This document shows, piece after piece, positions 30,548 through 38,375 of a DNA stretch of 64,000 bases. The notes below the pieces were generated by a model. It was not told the DNA's origin and made no database searches. It saw nothing but the letters and a program-made list of their open reading frames with translations. How positions within the stretch are numbered: the first letter of the stretch is position 1; every line of letters begins with the position of its first letter. Position numbers and translations under genes: made by a program. This DNA comes from Chthonomonadales bacterium (GTDB taxonomy: Bacteria; Armatimonadota; Chthonomonadetes; Chthonomonadales; Chthonomonadaceae): positions 1 through 64,000 of the forward strand of contig JBBQPO010000002.1 of the NCBI GenBank assembly GCA_038217285.1. The letters run 5' to 3'.

Positions 30548-31546
30548 ATGCACACTTGCAAAGAGTCCCCTGACGTTTCCCATCCGCTTCCGGATACGAC
30601 TCCCCGGACTGAGATTCCGGCAGCAGTGCGGGATCTGCGCGAGCGCATGAAAGATTTCACTATCAACTGCAAGCCAAATCCCGATCTTACACGAGATTTG
30701 CAGCCAGGCTTTCTGCTTCCCTATCTTTTGGACTTCGACAGCATCACCTACGGGCGCTGGGACTACTGGGCCGAAGCAATGTGTGAAGGCACACTACCTG
30801 ATTACCCCATCCCACCGATCGACTGGCTGCATAGCTCTGACCCGCGCACCCGAAAGATGCTGGAGACTGCCCTAGATGCCATCCCGCGTCACGGCTCATG
30901 GCAAAGTATGGGCGCCTGGGAGTACTTTTGCTATCTGCTTGCCTGGATGCTCTGGGGTTTCGGGCACCCAGGATGCGATGCGCCTCGTGAGCCCGCTGGT
31001 TGTGAGGGTGCGTCACTGCGCCTCTATCAAGTGCTCAACATCTGCGCCTGGATGCTCTGGCCCTATGATTATTTGGGAGATCTGTTGGCAGAAAATGCCT
31101 ATGGCAAAGGACAAGGCTTCTTCCCCACGCCGATGCCTCTATGCTGCATGATGGCGTCTATGCTCATGGATCAAGGCGGCGACATGCGCACCCAGACCGT
31201 ATGCGATCCAGCAGTTGGGACCGGGCGCTTCCTCCTTGCGGCAAGCAACTATTCTCTCCGGCTCCATGGTCAAGACATTGACCAGATGATGTGTCAGGCG
31301 ACGCTTGTCAACGGCTACCTCTTTGCCCCCTGGATGGCAAAGCCGTTTCCCTTCCTGGAGGCCGCTGGCCTCGATCCTGGACAGGCAGAGGCAGTTTCCG
31401 ACCAAGTCGTCTCACAGGAACCGCCCAATGCCGCAGAGCTGGCCGGGGACACCGGGTACGATACGAAGGAAGCCTCCGTTGCCGCACCGATCAGAAAGCG
31501 CCGACGACGCGGGGAGAATGAGGGCGTCCAGGGAACCCTGTTCTGA
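30548..31546 (+). CDS. N6-DNA-methylase-like protein with SAM-binding motifs only
   Basis: GFFPTP, DPAVGTGRFL, GQDID; no NPPY/F motif. Confidence 0.75.
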   Translation: MHTCKESPDVSHPLPDTTPRTEIPAAVRDLRERMKDFTINCKPNPDLTRDLQPGFLLPYLLDFDSITYGRWDYWAEAMCEGTLPDYPIPPIDWLHSSDPRTRKMLETALDAIPRHGSWQSMGAWEYFCYLLAWMLWGFGHPGCDAPREPAGCEGASLRLYQVLNICAWMLWPYDYLGDLLAENAYGKGQGFFPTPMPLCCMMASMLMDQGGDMRTQTVCDPAVGTGRFLLAASNYSLRLHGQDIDQMMCQATLVNGYLFAPWMAKPFPFLEAAGLDPGQAEAVSDQVVSQEPPNAAELAGDTGYDTKEASVAAPIRKRRRRGENEGVQGTLF

Positions 31547-31624
31547 CCTGCCAGTGTCGGATGGCGACGCATTTATGAAGCCCGGCAGAACCTTGCCGGA
31601 CCACGGAAAGGAGACAAACACCCC

Positions 31625-31888
31625 ATGCTGGCAAAATACCAGATGGTTGACAGAAACGACGGATGCCGCCTCAAGGGCTTCTGGATCCGCGACATGACGG
31701 GGAAGGCCGTAGCCATCGGCGCGGAGGGAGCATTCCTGCGCATCCTGGCGAAGCGATATACCAACGATACTGACTTCGTAAGCGCCGCCGAGCGCCTCGC
31801 CGGACTGACAGCCTCCCTGCCACCTGCGCAGGCAGTGCCCCTCACGAAATCCCTCACCTCTTGCGTGCCGAACGATTTCAGGCGATGA
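31625..31888 (+). CDS. Hypothetical protein
   Basis: AAAGGAG RBS. Confidence 0.55.
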   Translation: MLAKYQMVDRNDGCRLKGFWIRDMTGKAVAIGAEGAFLRILAKRYTNDTDFVSAAERLAGLTASLPPAQAVPLTKSLTSCVPNDFRR

Positions 31889-31914
31889 ATGTATGCCGTG
31901 GGGGAACCCGTACC

Positions 31915-31945
31915 GCCCGTGTCCAACTGCTGGCACGGGCTTTTT
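31915..31945 (+). terminator. Intrinsic terminator
   Basis: GCCCGTG...CACGGGC followed by TTTTT. Confidence 0.75.
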
Positions 31946-32011
31946 CTTGCCGACCGTATCACCTTAAAGCTGCGGCAGAAATGGGCACCGCATCGTCCTC
32001 ATTTTCCAGTC

Positions 32012-32061
32012 GTTGTGTCCATGCACTGCGGGTAGCCTCTGCTCCCCACGTTCCCCATGCT
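32012..32061 (+). promoter_or_regulatory. Element promoter motif, copy 4
   Basis: GTTGT-N6-GCACT, 28 bp, CATGCT. Confidence 0.55.
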
Positions 32062-32163
32062 GGCAGGAACGGCGCGGCGGAGAAGGTCGCCCCATGACGC
32101 CGAAACATATCCATACCTGACCTGGAACCATTTCGGGACGCACACTGAAAGGACGTAACAACC

Positions 32164-32616
32164 ATGCTGACAGACATCGAATTGACAGGCTACTTTCCGT
32201 TTGGAGGTGGAAAGGAACTGGCTCTGGCAGGAATCGGGCATTTTGGCGAGAAGGCATTCCGGACGGAGGTGCTGCCGATCTACCGGGCCATCTGCCGGAT
32301 TCAGGAGACGGAGTATGGCGAATCCCCCTCGGTTGCCTATCTGGCGGAAGCGCTCCAGTACGGGAGTCGGACGAACCTGGAGAACCTTGCGGCTTATGGC
32401 CTTCCGCTTGAGGAGATGCACCTGCTGGAGTACGGCAGAAGCTCCCATGACTCCGCTGTCCGCGCCGAGGCCGTTCGCCGCGTCCTGGACGGGCAGGTGC
32501 CCGGATACCGGGCGCTGGTCGCCCTGCACAATGTCTTCCAGGGAGGAGAGCCGCTCATCCCCTACGACAGGGATATCATGGACTGCATCGCCCGTCGGAC
32601 CCGCGCATCGGAATGA
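32164..32616 (+). CDS. Hypothetical protein
   Basis: AAAGGA RBS. Confidence 0.65.
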   Translation: MLTDIELTGYFPFGGGKELALAGIGHFGEKAFRTEVLPIYRAICRIQETEYGESPSVAYLAEALQYGSRTNLENLAAYGLPLEEMHLLEYGRSSHDSAVRAEAVRRVLDGQVPGYRALVALHNVFQGGEPLIPYDRDIMDCIARRTRASE

Positions 32617-32672
32617 ACGTGTCAGGCGCCTTCATAGGCCAATATCGGGTAGTGGGAAATGCAAACGCTTGT

Positions 32673-32723
32673 GGCGCGTGCATGCAACGGAACGGGCTGT
32701 AGCTGTTTCGTTTTCGCTACGCT
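32673..32723 (+). promoter_or_regulatory. Element promoter motif, copy 5
   Basis: GGCGC-N6-GCAAC, 29 bp, TACGCT. Confidence 0.55.
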
Positions 32724-32814
32724 ACTCCGTGAAAGAGCGTTGCGCGTTCAAATTTCCGAAGCGCAGCACGAACCGCTCTTTGACAATCCCACTACGGGAA
32801 TAAGGAGTATCGAT

Positions 32815-33963
32815 GTGAAACAAGGTAGAACCCTAACCGACCTGAGAAGTGTCTTGGAGCGTCAGGCCAACGCAAAACGGGACTTCCTGGCATCAGCCAG
32901 TAGAATCCGCCTCGACAGCAACGGCCACACCGATCTGATCCTGGATGAAACCTTCACCGTCAATGAGGTGGCGCACGGCCAACTCGCCGAGTACCTGGGC
33001 ATCCCCAAAGGCTTCTACGACCGCCTGCGCAATGCGACCGAAGACCTGCGCGTCCCGCGTCCAGGCAACCTGGATGGGGGACAGCGTTCTGACGAGCCGC
33101 TCTTTGACGTGATGGCCAACCGTCTGCTCAAGAGCAAGGGAGCCGATACGCGGATGGTCCGCACTCTGGACGGTACGGCACGCGCCTTCCTGTCCGACTC
33201 CTACAGCACTGATTTGGACAATTTCGACGTCTTCCGGATGGCCGCTCGCTCGATGGAAGAGGCCGACCTGTGCCCTGAGAACGTCGTCTCGTGCGAGGTG
33301 ACCGACCGCAAGCTCTACCTGAAAGTGGTGAGTCCCCGATTGGAGGCGACGATCATCCCGTCCAATCTGACCCGACCGCACGGCGGACACCACATGCTCA
33401 AAGAGCCTCAAGTGGTCCAGGCAGGCTTCATCCTCTCCAACTCTGAGACGGGACTGGGGAGCCTCTCAGTCCAGCAGGTGGTGGTGAAACTCATGTGTAC
33501 CAACCTTTGGATTAAAGAGGAAGCCGTCCGTCAACGCCACCTCGGCAAAACCCTGGAAGCAGGCGAAGGCGGTATGGTCTACAAGAGCGACACCCGTCAG
33601 GCGGAAGCCAGGGTGCGCCTGCTCAAGATCCGCGACCACATCAGCGAAGCCCTGGACGCACCGCGCTTTCAGGCACTGATTGGCAAGATGCAGGAGACGG
33701 CCGAAGTCAAACTGGAGGGAAACATCGAGAAGGTTGTAGAGGTGACGGCACGCAAGTTCGGCCTCGATGAGGGTGAGAAGGAAGATGTGCTGAAGCACCT
33801 GATCGAAGGGGCGGACCTCAGTCTCTGGGGTCTCTCCAATGCGATTACCGCTACAGCCCAGACTGTTCCCAGCTACGACCGGGCGACGCAACTGGAAGCG
33901 ATCGGTGGACGCTTCTTCGCTCTGCCAGCGGCCGACATCCGAGAACTGGTGCGAGCGGCATGA
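32815..33963 (+). CDS. DUF932-family phage/plasmid protein
   Basis: TAAGGAG RBS plus GTG; RMVRTLDGTARAFLSDSY, AGFILSNSETGLGS, LMCTN, WGLSNAIT. Confidence 0.85.
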   Translation: MKQGRTLTDLRSVLERQANAKRDFLASASRIRLDSNGHTDLILDETFTVNEVAHGQLAEYLGIPKGFYDRLRNATEDLRVPRPGNLDGGQRSDEPLFDVMANRLLKSKGADTRMVRTLDGTARAFLSDSYSTDLDNFDVFRMAARSMEEADLCPENVVSCEVTDRKLYLKVVSPRLEATIIPSNLTRPHGGHHMLKEPQVVQAGFILSNSETGLGSLSVQQVVVKLMCTNLWIKEEAVRQRHLGKTLEAGEGGMVYKSDTRQAEARVRLLKIRDHISEALDAPRFQALIGKMQETAEVKLEGNIEKVVEVTARKFGLDEGEKEDVLKHLIEGADLSLWGLSNAITATAQTVPSYDRATQLEAIGGRFFALPAADIRELVRAA

Positions 33964-34193
33964 GTACAGCCCCTCTGCCAACCGTTACCCTCTTCGGGGC
34001 GACGGATCGCACCGGGCGACGGTACCTCACCGATAGTCGAGAATCCCTGCCTGCCGAAGCAGGTACCATCACCGAGTTCCGGGTAGTGCCGGAACAGGTA
34101 GAGTGGGCCATCCTGCAGGTGGAACTCGAAGAGATTCGGCGCATACCAGTCACGATCCACGTCGGCGACTACGCCTATGAGACCCCACACTGA
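33960..34193 (+). CDS. Hypothetical protein
   Basis: ATGA overlap with DUF932. Confidence 0.55.
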   Translation: MSTAPLPTVTLFGATDRTGRRYLTDSRESLPAEAGTITEFRVVPEQVEWAILQVELEEIRRIPVTIHVGDYAYETPH

Positions 34194-34209
34194 ACGAAAG
34201 GAGCATCCC

Positions 34210-34557
34210 ATGCCAGACAGCCGACAGGTTTCCATGAGCTTGCCCCTCTTCAGCGATCTCTTCACGACGCTGCCAGCTGAGTGGCAGACGGAAGGACTCC
34301 GCGAAGCGCTGCTCACCGCCTACCGCTCTGAGCTGCACTGCCTCGTCAATGCTGCCCTGCATCCCGACTGCCGGGAGCCGCGTCTCGTCATGCGCCCCTG
34401 GCGCGAGACGGGCACGCAGTGGATCTGTGAGTTCTGGGTCGCCGATGCTGCTACTGCCTGGACGCCCGTGCATAATTTTCACGGACAAAACACCAGTCAG
34501 TGGCGTTATGGCGGCGCTATCGTCTTCTGTAAGGGAGAGATAAGCACACACCACTGA
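34210..34557 (+). CDS. Hypothetical protein, paralog family A
   Basis: AAAGGAG RBS; HNFHGQNTSQWRYGGAIV..GEISTHH. Confidence 0.75.
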   Translation: MPDSRQVSMSLPLFSDLFTTLPAEWQTEGLREALLTAYRSELHCLVNAALHPDCREPRLVMRPWRETGTQWICEFWVADAATAWTPVHNFHGQNTSQWRYGGAIVFCKGEISTHH

Positions 34558-34596
34558 TCGCACGCCCACGTCCCGAACTCTATTCGGTACTATCAC

Positions 34597-34627
34597 GGCC
34601 CACACTCACATCGAGCGTGGGCCTTTT
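34597..34627 (+). terminator. Intrinsic terminator
   Basis: GGCCCAC...GTGGGCC followed by TTTT. Confidence 0.65.
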
Positions 34628-34641
34628 CGATGGCGGACAAA

Positions 34642-34691
34642 GGTGCATCAGCGCACCGTTCGTTGTCTAATGGGATGCACTTCCGTAGGCT
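34642..34691 (+). promoter_or_regulatory. Element promoter motif, copy 6
   Basis: GGTGC-N6-GCACC; TTGTCT-17bp-TAGGCT. Confidence 0.75.
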
Positions 34692-34848
34692 CAGAGCGCA
34701 GAGCAGACCTGAGAAGCTTCAGTGCGACAATCCTGCTCTTTGCATGCCAATTCATCACGCGAGCCGCCGGTTGCTCCATTTCGCACGAGCATATTCGCGC
34801 AGATGAAGCACGGCAGAACCCTGATCAACCTGCGAAGGGAGAACCAGC

Positions 34849-35211
34849 ATGGGCACAGCCAAAACCATTGCATTTTGCATGACGCCTTATTCCGAACTCG
34901 TCCAGGCGTTACCACCCAAGTGGCAGAACATCACCAAGCGTGAGAAACTGCTCGCTGCTTATCGACATGAACTGCACTGCTTCCTGAATGTCGCCCTCCG
35001 CCCTGACTGCCAAGAACTCCGGTTTGTCATGCTCCCATGGCGACGGGAACAGGAACCAGAGCAATGGACCTGCGATTTTTGGGTCGCAGATACGGCCTTA
35101 CCCTGCACGTCCGGTGCCATCTGGCACGGGCACGATACCAGCCAATGGCGCCACGGCGGTGCAATCTGGATTTTTCAGGACCAGATCGGCACGTCCTACT
35201 GGAGCCCTTAG
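34849..35211 (+). CDS. Hypothetical protein, paralog family A
   Basis: LLAAYRHELHC..WHGHDTSQWRHGGAIW; close paralog of 34210. Confidence 0.75.
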   Translation: MGTAKTIAFCMTPYSELVQALPPKWQNITKREKLLAAYRHELHCFLNVALRPDCQELRFVMLPWRREQEPEQWTCDFWVADTALPCTSGAIWHGHDTSQWRHGGAIWIFQDQIGTSYWSP

Positions 35212-35256
35212 TCCACATGGACCCTGGCATCGCTCCAGGCCACGTCGCTCATCTTG

Positions 35257-35290
35257 CCCGCGCTTGCGACATCAGCGCGGGTTTTTCTTT
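35257..35290 (+). terminator. Intrinsic terminator
   Basis: CCCGCGCT...AGCGCGGG followed by TTTTTCTTT. Confidence 0.8.
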
Positions 35291-35306
35291 GTAATGGGTA
35301 CCGCGT

Positions 35307-35356
35307 GGTGCAGCGATGCACCCATGATTGTCTGAGATTGCGCGCTTCCGTAGGCT
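35307..35356 (+). promoter_or_regulatory. Element promoter motif, copy 7
   Basis: GGTGC-N6-GCACC; TTGTCT-17bp-TAGGCT. Confidence 0.75.
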
Positions 35357-35428
35357 TGAAGCGAAGAGCGTCGCCGAAGCCATTATGCGGCGACTAATCC
35401 TGCTCTTTGACCGCATAGGAGAACGATT

Positions 35429-35647
35429 ATGTATGCAACTCTGATCCGTCCGCAAGCATTACCTGCGCCACCCCGTATACCGCCTCCGCCTGCCCCAAGG
35501 CTGATCGCGGCGGGGGCCGCAGATCCCGACGAGGAGGCGCGCAACGCCTCCATCGAAGCTCTGCTGGCACTCCTCGACGATGGTGAAACCGAGAACGGCG
35601 TGGATTACTCGGAAGGCGCGTTATCACCAAACGGATGCCTGTGGTAG
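35429..35647 (+). CDS. Small Pro-rich/acidic hypothetical protein
   Basis: AGGAG RBS. Confidence 0.55.
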   Translation: MYATLIRPQALPAPPRIPPPPAPRLIAAGAADPDEEARNASIEALLALLDDGETENGVDYSEGALSPNGCLW

Positions 35648-35651
35648 ACGC

Positions 35652-35722
35652 AAAAAAGGCTAGGAAAGCACCAACTTCCCTAACCTCCTGTACCACTCCT
35701 GACGGGAATACCGCCGCTTGAT
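35652..35722 (-). ncRNA. Candidate ~70-nt antisense-strand small RNA
   Basis: Minus-strand TATACT (35728-35733) and a 12-bp terminator stem with two G:U pairs valid only on the minus strand, followed by a U-tract. Confidence 0.5.
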
Positions 35723-35811
35723 AGCATAGTATACCCCGTCTTTCCTACTCCCGTGGTCGCCTGAACAGAACTATGTTTAGGCGACCACACCGCATCTTAT
35801 GGAGAGAACCG

Positions 35812-36123
35812 ATGAAGCATACGACACTATCGCAGCCACAAAACGACGTGCTGCCTACCCAACCGCTTGCCATCACCATCCCGGAGCCGACACGCGACAA
35901 CGTGGCGTTTCGAGCACTCATTCGGCAAGTCATCCCAATGCTCCAGTGTCCTGAAGCGCACAGTCCAGCGGCGCGGCACCAACTTGCGTCAACGCTCATC
36001 CAGGCACTTGGTCTGCCTCAGTCTGACACGACCGAACCACAGCAGGAAGCAATGCCACCCCACACCGATGCGGAGGCACCGTGTGCGTATGAACCGGGGT
36101 GCGACAGTGCGGAGTGGCCCTAA
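35812..36123 (+). CDS. Hypothetical protein
   Basis: GGAG RBS. Confidence 0.55.
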   Translation: MKHTTLSQPQNDVLPTQPLAITIPEPTRDNVAFRALIRQVIPMLQCPEAHSPAARHQLASTLIQALGLPQSDTTEPQQEAMPPHTDAEAPCAYEPGCDSAEWP

Positions 36124-36141
36124 GACGCAAGGAGGTGAGAG

Positions 36142-36369
36142 GTGCGATGCACCCTGCACGAGATCATGGTTGCGGAGGGTGCGCGCATGCTCCGCACTGG
36201 CCTGTACGACTATGGATGCATGCCACACGCCTTTCTGCGCCGCGAGGCTGAGGTATGGAGCGTCTGTGAGGAGGTGCAGCATGCGTGGCTTCGGGGCGAA
36301 ATTATCTCTCCCTTAGCCGTGGACCTTCTCTGGGAGGTGGTCTGGCGGCTACGGGCGCGAATCCAGTAG
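36142..36369 (+). CDS. Hypothetical protein
   Basis: AAGGAGGT RBS, GTG start. Confidence 0.55.
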   Translation: MRCTLHEIMVAEGARMLRTGLYDYGCMPHAFLRREAEVWSVCEEVQHAWLRGEIISPLAVDLLWEVVWRLRARIQ

Positions 36370-36395
36370 GACTGTTTCTCACGAAGGGAGGAATC

Positions 36396-36827
36396 ATGAA
36401 CGAATCGCACCTCATGCAGGCTTGGCAACTTGGATTTCCAGATCGACACACTGCGCTGGCAGCCGTCCTTGATGCTATGGAATTGGACCCGATCCGGAGG
36501 GAGGAAGGGGCTGGCCGAAGCGAACGGCAGTGGTGTAGTACCCACGTCAACTGCCGCATCATCTCTGTCTACACCTTCTTTCCAAGTCCCTACGCGAAGT
36601 TGGCGGACTTGGACGACACGATCAAAGAACGCTACACGGTTGCGACCGGAAGCCAGTGCCGCAGTGAGGTTCCAGATGCTCGGACGCACACAGGCTACGA
36701 AGAGGACAATACCTTCTACCTGGAGTTTCGGACTCTAGAAGAGGCTGTCTGCTTCTGCCTGGATGACCCTTATGCCCCAATGGAGATCGCACTCCACCGC
36801 ACCCAGCAGGCCGTTCCGCACCCATAG
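36396..36827 (+). CDS. Hypothetical protein
   Basis: GGAGG RBS. Confidence 0.65.
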   Translation: MNESHLMQAWQLGFPDRHTALAAVLDAMELDPIRREEGAGRSERQWCSTHVNCRIISVYTFFPSPYAKLADLDDTIKERYTVATGSQCRSEVPDARTHTGYEEDNTFYLEFRTLEEAVCFCLDDPYAPMEIALHRTQQAVPHP

Positions 36828-36891
36828 GAAACCAGCACACACGACGCCTGCGCTGGACTTCCGGCAGGTACCACCTCAAAAAGGAGACACT

Positions 36892-37362
36892 ATGCGAGAG
36901 ATACTGCCGCTCTTTGTCGGCTACCGAACATTGGAGGATTGGTTACAGGCGATTCTCCCTGATTCGCTGATCCTGGCCATGCCACTCGTCGAGCCGGGAT
37001 TGGAGCAGTCCGGCATGCGGACCGATACCCTTGTCGTACTGTGCCAACACATCGACGCAAGCGGACATGTCCACTACTGTCGTCTGCGAGCAGCCAGTCT
37101 GCCCCGTTGTTACGGCGAGCCATTCTCTGCGGACTGGCGGGAGCGCGAAGCGGCCTGGCACTCGCTGTGGGACGCCGTGCAGGAGATCCTCCGGGAGCGC
37201 GACCTGACGTACCGATGCGCGACCGTGGCTGTACCGACGCACCTACGGTTCCTGGAAGCGCGGGCCGAAGGCATCGCCTTCGATCCCGACACGAAACGGT
37301 TCGGGCGTCTAGGCGCAGAGGTAGTGAGAGCCAACATCTTCGAAGGAGAACTGAAGCGATGA
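36892..37362 (+). CDS. Hypothetical protein
   Basis: AAAGGAG RBS. Confidence 0.65.
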   Translation: MREILPLFVGYRTLEDWLQAILPDSLILAMPLVEPGLEQSGMRTDTLVVLCQHIDASGHVHYCRLRAASLPRCYGEPFSADWREREAAWHSLWDAVQEILRERDLTYRCATVAVPTHLRFLEARAEGIAFDPDTKRFGRLGAEVVRANIFEGELKR

Positions 37363-37667
37363 ACATTCTTATAGAGCAGTACCACCAGACATGCACCGAG
37401 TTCCCGCAGGCGGTCGTGCTCATGCGGGTTGGGGACTTCTTCGAAGCCTACGGCGAAACAGCAAAGCTACTTGCAGAAACGTGTGGGCTGACGCTCACTG
37501 AGCGTGACGGCATTCCGATGTCTGGCATCCCTCACCACATGGCGGAAAAGCGAGTGGCACAGCTTGTCGCCAGCGGCAGGCAAGTCATTCTCATGGAGCA
37601 ATCTGAAGATCCGCGCGGGAAAGCTCCCGGCGAAATCGCACGACACCGTGTGCAATTCACCCCGTAA
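37359..37667 (+). CDS. Stand-alone MutS domain I protein
   Basis: QY..MRVGDFFEAYGE.A...LTLT...IPMSGIPHH, the mismatch-binding GDFYE-like motif; no ATPase domain. Confidence 0.85.
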   Translation: MNILIEQYHQTCTEFPQAVVLMRVGDFFEAYGETAKLLAETCGLTLTERDGIPMSGIPHHMAEKRVAQLVASGRQVILMEQSEDPRGKAPGEIARHRVQFTP

Positions 37668-37745
37668 CGGTCTGCGTTCTGAACACAGGACAGGAGTGTA
37701 TGGTGGGCCGCGCATACCTGGCCCACGCCGGGAGAGGAACATTAG

Positions 37746-38197
37746 ATGAGCGAGCACTGGCTCCCGTTTGCACCTACGGGGCAGGTCATTACCAGCTTGC
37801 CCAACACCCCAGACGGAACCGTCTGGGCGAACAATCGCTACATCGTAGTGGTGCGCTACTGCGGCGAACACGCGACGACCGGGCCGCTAATCTGGCTGTC
37901 GATCAAGAGCGTCGATAATGACACTGGCACGACTCGCGCGATATGCAGCGCATCAAGAATGAGTTGGTGGGTGAGGAAGCCGAAGGCGTGGAACTCTATC
38001 CAACAGAAAGCCGCCTCGTCGACACCGCGAACTAGTTTCATCTCTGGGTGTTTCCGCACTTTCGGTTTCCGTTCGGGTTTAGTGAGCGATTGGTGTCGGA
38101 AGGCACCGCGCATACCGTGCAACGCCCATTCGACCCTGAACACCACCCGGCCGACCTGACTGACGTGCAACTAATAGTTGAGCCCACTGCCTACTGA
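37746..38197 (+). pseudogene. Phage-type hypothetical gene with a frameshift (~37925) and in-frame TAG (38033)
   Basis: WLSIKS.. continues in another frame as HDSRDMQRIKNELVGEEAEGVELYP.ESRLVDTAN*FHLWVF. Confidence 0.7.
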
Positions 38198-38245
38198 GTT
38201 GCGAAGCAAAGCAGGGGTCCGGTTCAGGGACCTATTGACCGTTTT

Positions 38246-38275
38246 GCCCGTCCTCCGTGTGAAGGGCGGGTTTTT
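38246..38275 (+). terminator. Intrinsic terminator closing the early region
   Basis: GCCCGTCCT...AGGGCGGG followed by TTTTT. Confidence 0.7.
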
Positions 38276-38375
38276 CGTATGCAGAGGGAGTGTGGCCATG
38301 CGGTAGAGCGATATGGTCGTCATAGAGGCATGGGGCAGCCAAATTTGTTCAACGTGCTAGATCGTCAGAGCCCCA

